Shown in pieces: positions 58,409 through 64,000 of a stretch of 64,000 nucleotides of DNA. Made by a program: the position numbers and the translations under genes. The notes below the pieces were generated by a model that worked only from the letters and a program-made list of their open reading frames with translations, was not told the DNA's origin and did not search any database. How positions within the stretch are numbered: position 1 is the stretch's first letter; the number at the start of each line of letters is the position of its first letter. Source of the stretch: Fidelibacterota bacterium. Its GTDB lineage: Bacteria; Fidelibacterota; Marinisomatia; Marinisomatales; Marinisomataceae. Location of the stretch: assembly GCA_965212055.1 (NCBI GenBank), contig OZ243041.1:896001-960000 (forward strand), written 5' to 3'.

Positions 58409-60505
58409 TTACATAAGTGGTGCTATTACCAGTGACACCACTGATATTAGTTTAATTAAAATGTTCAACGAAGGACCAGCAGTATCCTTAAAAGGATCGC
58501 CTACTGTGTCACCAACAACAGCAGCTTTGTGAGCATCGCTTCCTTTTCCGCCATGCGCACCGGATTCAATATATTTTTTTGCATTATCCCATGAACCTCC
58601 TGCATTTGCCATAAAAATAGCTAATAATACACCAGTTACCGTTACACCAGCTAAAATCCCACCTAACATCTCTGGTTGACGAAGTATAAGTCCAAAAAAT
58701 ATAGGGGTAAACACCGCAATAGCTCCTGGTAAAACCATTTTATTAATTGCAGCTGTTGTAGCAATATCAACACACCTTGCATAGTCGGCTTTTGCTTTAC
58801 CATCAAGCAACCCTTTAATTTCTCTAAATTGTCTTCTTACTTCTTCAATCATTTCAAATGCAGCGTCTCCAACTGCTTTCATTGCAAGCGCAGAAAAAAC
58901 AAACGGCAAAATTGCGCCAATAAACAATCCGGCCATTACCATTGGGTCACTAATGTTCAACGCTAGTTCAGCAGTTGATTCTTCCCAGCCACCAATGATT
59001 CTGTTTGCTTTAATTGTTTCTCTGAAAGCTGCAAAAAGAGCTAAAGAAGTTAAAGCAGCAGAACCAATTGCAAAACCCTTACCAATAGCAGCTGTTGTAT
59101 TTCCAACCGCATCAAGCTTGTCTGTTCGTTCTCTGACTTCACTTGGAAGTTCAGCCATTTCTGCAATGCCTCCAGCATTATCAGCTATTGGACCATATGC
59201 ATCTACGGCTAATTGAATACCAATAGTAGACAACATACCTAAAGCAGCAATTGCAATTCCATAAAGACCTGCAAAATGGAATGCTCCCAAAATTGCTGAC
59301 GCAATAATAAGAACTGGCAATGCAGTAGAATACATTCCGTTTGCTAGACCCGCTATGATATTGGTTGCTGATCCCGTTTCGCTTGCTTCCGCAATTGCTT
59401 TAGATGGTGTTTGAGCGTCAGATGTAAAATATTCTGTTGCTAATCCAATTAAAATACCCGAAACAAGACCAATAACAATTGTCCAGAATAAGTTCATAAC
59501 ACTCAAATTGCCAATCATTCCCATATTTGCAATATAATTTAATAGGCAATAAGTAAGAACTAGCATTACGCCCCCTGAACCAAACATGCCAATATTAAGT
59601 GCAGTTTGAGGATTTCCTCCTTCTTTAGTTTTAACAAAAAACGTTCCTGCAATTGATACAAAAATTCCTAAGGAAGCAATCGTTAGCGGTAGAAAAACCA
59701 ATTCTATCTGCCCGGCTGCAGCTGCTAGAACCATAGCTCCAATAATTGATCCTACATATGATTCAAATAAGTCTGCTCCCATCCCAGCAACATCCCCAAC
59801 GTTATCACCAACGTTATCAGCAATAGTAGCCGGGTTTCTTGGGTCGTCTTCTGGAATGCCAGCCTCTACCTTGCCAACTAAGTCTGCACCAACATCAGCT
59901 GCTTTTGTATAAATACCCCCACCAACTCTTGCAAAAAGCGCAATGGATGAAGCCCCCATAGCAAAACCAGAAACTAATGTCATAATGTATTGCATTGTTT
60001 CCACATTCATCTGTTGCGAAAATCCACCATACAAAGAAAAAAGTGTAAATAGCCCTAATATACCAAGGCCTACTACATTCATGCCCATAACGGCACCGCC
60101 GCTAAATGCAACATTCAGCGCTGAACTTAGGCCCGTTCTTGCAGCTTCAGTTGTTCTGTGGTTTGCTAGAGTTGCAACACGCATACCAAGCACACCTGCT
60201 AAAGCACTACATAAAGCTCCAACAACAAAAGACAAAGCTACCCATTCGGTGTTGTTAGATAAATTAATCCAATATAGAAGCATTGCAACAACAAGAACAA
60301 AAACAGCTAAAACTCTATATTCTCTCTTAAGAAACGCTGTTGCCCCTTCTCGTATTGCAAGTCCAATTTCTTGCATTTTTTCATTGCCTGGATTTTGTTT
60401 GTTAATCCAATTGCTTTTCCATAACGCAAACAATACTGCTGCAATGCCTGATAGCGGTATCATTGAAACAAGGGGGTTTGTTAACTGCTCTAAAAATACT
60501 TGCAT
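58409..60505 (-). CDS. hppA: Membrane pyrophosphatase, K+-dependent, probably Na+-translocating
   Basis: [33 protein letters not shown] (Ala indicates K+ dependence), [10 protein letters not shown]. Confidence 0.93.
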   Translation of the reverse strand: MQVFLEQLTNPLVSMIPLSGIAAVLFALWKSNWINKQNPGNEKMQEIGLAIREGATAFLKREYRVLAVFVLVVAMLLYWINLSNNTEWVALSFVVGALCSALAGVLGMRVATLANHRTTEAARTGLSSALNVAFSGGAVMGMNVVGLGILGLFTLFSLYGGFSQQMNVETMQYIMTLVSGFAMGASSIALFARVGGGIYTKAADVGADLVGKVEAGIPEDDPRNPATIADNVGDNVGDVAGMGADLFESYVGSIIGAMVLAAAAGQIELVFLPLTIASLGIFVSIAGTFFVKTKEGGNPQTALNIGMFGSGGVMLVLTYCLLNYIANMGMIGNLSVMNLFWTIVIGLVSGILIGLATEYFTSDAQTPSKAIAEASETGSATNIIAGLANGMYSTALPVLIIASAILGAFHFAGLYGIAIAALGMLSTIGIQLAVDAYGPIADNAGGIAEMAELPSEVRERTDKLDAVGNTTAAIGKGFAIGSAALTSLALFAAFRETIKANRIIGGWEESTAELALNISDPMVMAGLFIGAILPFVFSALAMKAVGDAAFEMIEEVRRQFREIKGLLDGKAKADYARCVDIATTAAINKMVLPGAIAVFTPIFFGLILRQPEMLGGILAGVTVTGVLLAIFMANAGGSWDNAKKYIESGAHGGKGSDAHKAAVVGDTVGDPFKDTAGPSLNILIKLISVVSLVIAPLM

Positions 60506-61074
60506 TAAGCTTCTCCTATAATTTGTTTATTAAAACGATTTGATGTCAATGCAGCGCCTTCTTTAATAATTGAAGACATTGCATCACAAGTAAATTCTAA
60601 AACCTGATTTATTGAAGATTGATATCGTTTATTAAATGGCTTTAATACATAATTTTCTGATGGTCTTTTATAGTCATCGGCTGCTATGCCTATTCTTAAC
60701 CTGGTAATTTCATCTGTATTTAAAGAATGAATTATTGATTTCATTCCATTATGACAGCCATCACCACCACTTAATCTTAGTCTAATTTCTCCTAATGGTA
60801 AGTCTACGTCATCAAAAATGACCACTAAATCTTTCATGTCAGCTTTATAAAAGCTTAGAAGGTCGTGTATAATCGTTCCACTTTTATTCATTCCTGTTGT
60901 AGGTTTTACCAAGATATATTCATTGGCTTTTTTTGCAAAAATAAAGCTTCCTTTCCCTGCTTTAAATTCGAGGTTATGCTTTTTTGCAAACATATCTATT
61001 GCCCAAAATCCAATATTATGTTTTGTCTGAAGATATTTTTCTTCAGGATTACCTAGACCAATAAAAATCAACAT
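60505..61074 (-). CDS. pth: Peptidyl-tRNA hydrolase
   Basis: GLGNP, HNIGF, KPTT.MN.SG, HNG, RLRIGI. Confidence 0.95.
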   Translation of the reverse strand: MLIFIGLGNPEEKYLQTKHNIGFWAIDMFAKKHNLEFKAGKGSFIFAKKANEYILVKPTTGMNKSGTIIHDLLSFYKADMKDLVVIFDDVDLPLGEIRLRLSGGDGCHNGMKSIIHSLNTDEITRLRIGIAADDYKRPSENYVLKPFNKRYQSSINQVLEFTCDAMSSIIKEGAALTSNRFNKQIIGEA

Positions 61075-61805
61075 TATTTTTGTTTGTCCTCTTTTGGTTT
61101 TTGATCTTTTCCGTCCTTAGTTTCTTCTTTTTTATCTTCTGAAGAATCTTCTTTTCCATCAACGCTTTCCTTGCCTTCTGCGCCTTCTGCGCCTTCTTCG
61201 CCTTCTTCGCCTTCTAGCAATTCTTCGTCTTCTAGTACTTCTTCTATTACTTCCTCTTCCTTAGGTTCTTGAATAGAAACAACTGCAAGATCTTCAGCAG
61301 TTATTATTTCTACATCTGCAGCAAGCTCTATATCTTTTACAGAAAGACTAGAGTTCAATTCCAAATTAGTAACATCAATAATTAAAGCTTCTGGAACAGT
61401 CGTTGGCTTACATTGAACTGTAATAGTGTTTACAATCTGTACTAAAATACCGCCAGCTTTAACCCCTTCTGCTTCGCCCTCAACCCTTAATGGTACTTCT
61501 AATGAAATTTTTTCGTCTTCTTTTACTTTTTGAAAATCAACATGCATAATATTATCATTTACAGGGTGATATTGCACGTCTTTGACAAGAACAAATTGAT
61601 TTTCATCTTTAATTTCAACTTCAAAAATAACTTGACCAGTTTTTAAAGCTTTGTATAATTCTTTTTTATCAACAGACAGCGAAAGAGCATCTAGGCCTGA
61701 ATGGTATAAAATAGCTGGGACTTGGTCTTTTAGTCTTATTCTTCTTGCAGAAGAAGTCCCTTTCTCATCACGGATAGCAACATTTAATTTTTCAAACTTA
61801 CTCAT
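61074..61805 (-). CDS. rplY: 50S ribosomal protein L25/Ctc (long form, acidic tail)
   Basis: VPAILY, KDVQYHPV, HVDF, GVKAGG; start at ATG 61805. Confidence 0.93.
   Translation of the reverse strand: MSKFEKLNVAIRDEKGTSSARRIRLKDQVPAILYHSGLDALSLSVDKKELYKALKTGQVIFEVEIKDENQFVLVKDVQYHPVNDNIMHVDFQKVKEDEKISLEVPLRVEGEAEGVKAGGILVQIVNTITVQCKPTTVPEALIIDVTNLELNSSLSVKDIELAADVEIITAEDLAVVSIQEPKEEEVIEEVLEDEELLEGEEGEEGAEGAEGKESVDGKEDSSEDKKEETKDGKDQKPKEDKQK
61172..61215. repeat. 9-bp tandem repeat encoding EGE/EGA in the L25 acidic tail
   Basis: gccttctgc-gccttctgc-gccttcttc-gccttcttc-gccttct. Confidence 0.75.
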
Positions 61806-62763
61806 GATCCTCCCCAAATAATTCACTAACTGATTCTCCAGTATGAATTCTATTAATTGTTTCTGCAAAAATGCTTGCAGAAGATACAACTGTTAATTTT
61901 TTAAATCTTTTTTCTTTTGAGATTTTGACCGTATCTGAAAGAATAACTTTATCAATGTCATCGCTAGACAGTCTTTTAACTGCATCTCCAGATAGCACTC
62001 CATGAGTTGCAGCAACAACAACAGATAGTGCCCCTTTTTCTCTAGCTACTTTGGCAGCATTGCTGATTGTTCCTGCAGTATCAATCATGTCGTCTATAAT
62101 TAAAACATGTCTTGATTCAATGTCTCCCACAAGATAAGCAACTTCTGATTTATTGTGTGCACTTCTTCTCTTGTCAATCACTGCAAACCCTATTCCTAGT
62201 TGTTTGGCATATGATTGACTTAATTTGTTTGAACCAATGTCCGGCGATAATACAACAGCTTTATTATCATCCTTAATATTATTAAAATGGGCTTGTAGCT
62301 CAGTCATTAAAACCAAGCGTCCATATAAATTATCAATTGGGATTCTTGAAAAGCCCTGTATTTGAGTTGAATGTAAATCCATTGTAATAATTCTATCAGC
62401 ACCAGCAGCAGTAATTATATCAATCATTACTTTAGCAGAAATTGGCACCCGCGGTTCATCTTTTCGATCTTGTCTCGCATAACCTAAATAAGGAATCACT
62501 ACACTGATATTTTCTGCGCTTGCTCTTTTTGCAGCATCTATAAGTAAAGCAAGTTCAATGATATGGTCTCCAGGAGGATTTGTGCTTTGAACAATATATA
62601 TATCATTGCCTCTTAAGTTTTCTCCGTACTTTACCCAAATCTCTCCATCGCTAAACCTATTAATGGACAGTTTCCCAAGAGCATTGTTAGCTTCTTTCGC
62701 AATGCTATCTGCTAACTCTTGGTTGCTTGAGCCAGAAAATATTTTTTGTTTATATAGTCCCAT
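61798..62763 (-). CDS. prs: Ribose-phosphate pyrophosphokinase
   Basis: FSDGE, YARQDRK, MDLHS.QIQGF, DDMIDTAGT; start at ATG 62763. Confidence 0.96.
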   Translation of the reverse strand: MGLYKQKIFSGSSNQELADSIAKEANNALGKLSINRFSDGEIWVKYGENLRGNDIYIVQSTNPPGDHIIELALLIDAAKRASAENISVVIPYLGYARQDRKDEPRVPISAKVMIDIITAAGADRIITMDLHSTQIQGFSRIPIDNLYGRLVLMTELQAHFNNIKDDNKAVVLSPDIGSNKLSQSYAKQLGIGFAVIDKRRSAHNKSEVAYLVGDIESRHVLIIDDMIDTAGTISNAAKVAREKGALSVVVAATHGVLSGDAVKRLSSDDIDKVILSDTVKISKEKRFKKLTVVSSASIFAETINRIHTGESVSELFGEDHE

Positions 62764-62785
62764 ATATTTTTCTTTTATTACCTTG

Positions 62786-62857
62786 TTGGGGAACAGGGAC
62801 TCGAACCCCGACTGCATGGACCAAAACCATGTGTCCTGCCAATTAGACGATTCCCCA
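62786..62857 (-). tRNA. tRNA-Gln(TTG); CCA not encoded
   Basis: TGGGGAA-TC-GTCT-AATTGGC-AGGAC-A-CATGG-TTTTGGT-CCATG-CAGT-CGGGG-TTCGAGT-CCCTG-TTCCCCA-A; U1:A72; conserved ispE-tRNAGln-prs position. Confidence 0.95.
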
Positions 62858-62859
62858 AA

Positions 62860-63690
62860 TTAAATTTTTGGATTTGTGACGATTGTAGAGAAATGGGGAC
62901 TAAAAAATTGATGCGCTTTTAGTGCATCTTTTTTGTTTGAGAATATTCCAAACACAGTCGAACCACTACCCGACAAACTAGCATATTTTGCACCTAAATC
63001 CAAAATCGTTAATTTGATTTTGCCAATTTCTGGATGTGTTTTAAAAACGTACACCTCAAAATCATTGTAAAATAACTCTGAACTTAAATCATAATTCTTA
63101 AGTTCATCCAACATTCCGGCAAACTTAATGTTGGTTTTATCTTTTAACAAACACTTTTTATAGGCATTTTTTGTATCAATTTTTATATCGGGCATCACTA
63201 ACAATATGTAAACTCCATTTAGGCTGCTTTTTATAGGCGACAAATCCCCACCTGTCCCTTCACCAATTTGTAAACCTCCATTCACAAAAAATGGAGAATC
63301 TGCGCTAATTTTTTTTGATAACTCAATTAATTTATCATGGCCCATTTTTAAAGCAAACAATTCATTTATTCCCTTTAAAATGCTTGTTCCATTGCTTGAA
63401 CCTCCGCCTAAACCTGCACCAGGTGGAATATTTTTAATAAGATTAATTTTTATATTAGAAATATTAGGAAATTTTTGTTTTGTTGCGCTAAATGCTTGTA
63501 TACATGTATTATTTTTTTTGTCCAACCAATTAACGTTTGTTTCAAAAATAAAATCATCAGATTTTTCAATAGATATTTGATCACAAAAATCAATTTCTTG
63601 AAATACGGTAACTATATTGTGGTATTCGTCTTGCCTTTTATTTAAAATGTGAAGGCCAAGATTAATTTTTGCATAAGAATTAATTTCCAT
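62860..63690 (-). CDS. ispE: 4-diphosphocytidyl-2-C-methyl-D-erythritol kinase
   Basis: AKINLGL, KNIP.GAGLGGGSS, ADSPFF, NDFE, SGSGSTVF. Confidence 0.95.
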   Translation of the reverse strand: MEINSYAKINLGLHILNKRQDEYHNIVTVFQEIDFCDQISIEKSDDFIFETNVNWLDKKNNTCIQAFSATKQKFPNISNIKINLIKNIPPGAGLGGGSSNGTSILKGINELFALKMGHDKLIELSKKISADSPFFVNGGLQIGEGTGGDLSPIKSSLNGVYILLVMPDIKIDTKNAYKKCLLKDKTNIKFAGMLDELKNYDLSSELFYNDFEVYVFKTHPEIGKIKLTILDLGAKYASLSGSGSTVFGIFSNKKDALKAHQFFSPHFSTIVTNPKI

Positions 63691-64000
63691 CATCAATCAT
63701 TAAAATTGCTTGAGCTCCCCAACCATTGGACATATCAACAAATCCCAAATTGTTTGTTGTGGTACCTTTAACGGAGATGCTATCTATGCTAACGTTCAAA
63801 GCTTTCGACAAAGATTCTTTAATAGCATTTTTATAAGGAGAAATCTTTGGGGAGTTAAGAACAATAGATGTATCAATATTGATTATTTTTGTGTTTTCTG
63901 GCATTTTTTGAACTACTTTTTTTAACAGCTTAATGCTAGAAATATTTAAATATTCGGAAGTATTCGGGAAATTTTCTCCTATATCTCCTAAGTTTAGTGC
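63680..64000 (-). CDS. ispF: 2-C-methyl-D-erythritol 2,4-cyclodiphosphate synthase, 3' part; runs off the window end
   Basis: ALNLGDIGENFP, NIDTSI...PKISPY, ISVKGTT..LGF. Confidence 0.88.
   Translation of the reverse strand, partial: ALNLGDIGENFPNTSEYLNISSIKLLKKVVQKMPENTKIINIDTSIVLNSPKISPYKNAIKESLSKALNVSIDSISVKGTTTNNLGFVDMSNGWGAQAILMIDDGN

Noticed and set aside
59943..60521. 192-aa plus-strand ORF, and the many other 60-150 aa antisense or nested ORFs in the track
   Set aside because: They lie inside well-supported genes (here hppA) and show no motifs; typical antisense shadows
62764..62817. N-terminal extension of prs in the track
   Set aside because: Overlaps tRNA-Gln; ATG 62763 fits the family

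Overview
AT-rich, very gene-dense bacterial chromosome segment. The gene order uppS-bamA-skp-lpxD-lpxC-fabZ-lpxA-dxr-rseP, a type II glutamine synthetase, a Na+-PPase, nfeD-floA and a large TonB-dependent receptor suggest a streamlined marine FCB-group organism, most plausibly Marinimicrobia/SAR406 (inference only). About 1.6-26.2 kb is a surface-polysaccharide island: SLBB exporter, Wzz-like protein, Wzy-like polymerase, a Wzx-glycosyltransferase fusion and nucleotide-sugar enzymes. It carries two unusual modification cassettes. One is a short APS kinase, a minimal HxGH nucleotidyltransferase, an embedded tRNA-Ile2, a class IV aminotransferase and a sulfotransferase-like protein. The other is a Pol-beta-type nucleotidyltransferase, GT2, CofD/YvcK-like protein, HAD phosphatase, NTP transferase and alkaline-phosphatase-superfamily protein. 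About 26.4-64 kb is mostly core genes (dnaG, adk, coaE, lipid A/BAM/MEP cluster, mutY, rpsF-rpsR-rplI, hppA, pth-rplY-prs-tRNA-Gln-ispE-ispF). Oddities there and in the island include two apparent ATT start codons, RseP with an extra C-terminal domain, a catalytically degenerate DNA methyltransferase, a Cys-less Mrp, a zinc-free primase N-terminal domain and an orphan phage-replication-like protein. No CRISPR array, rRNA, integrase or transposase was seen.
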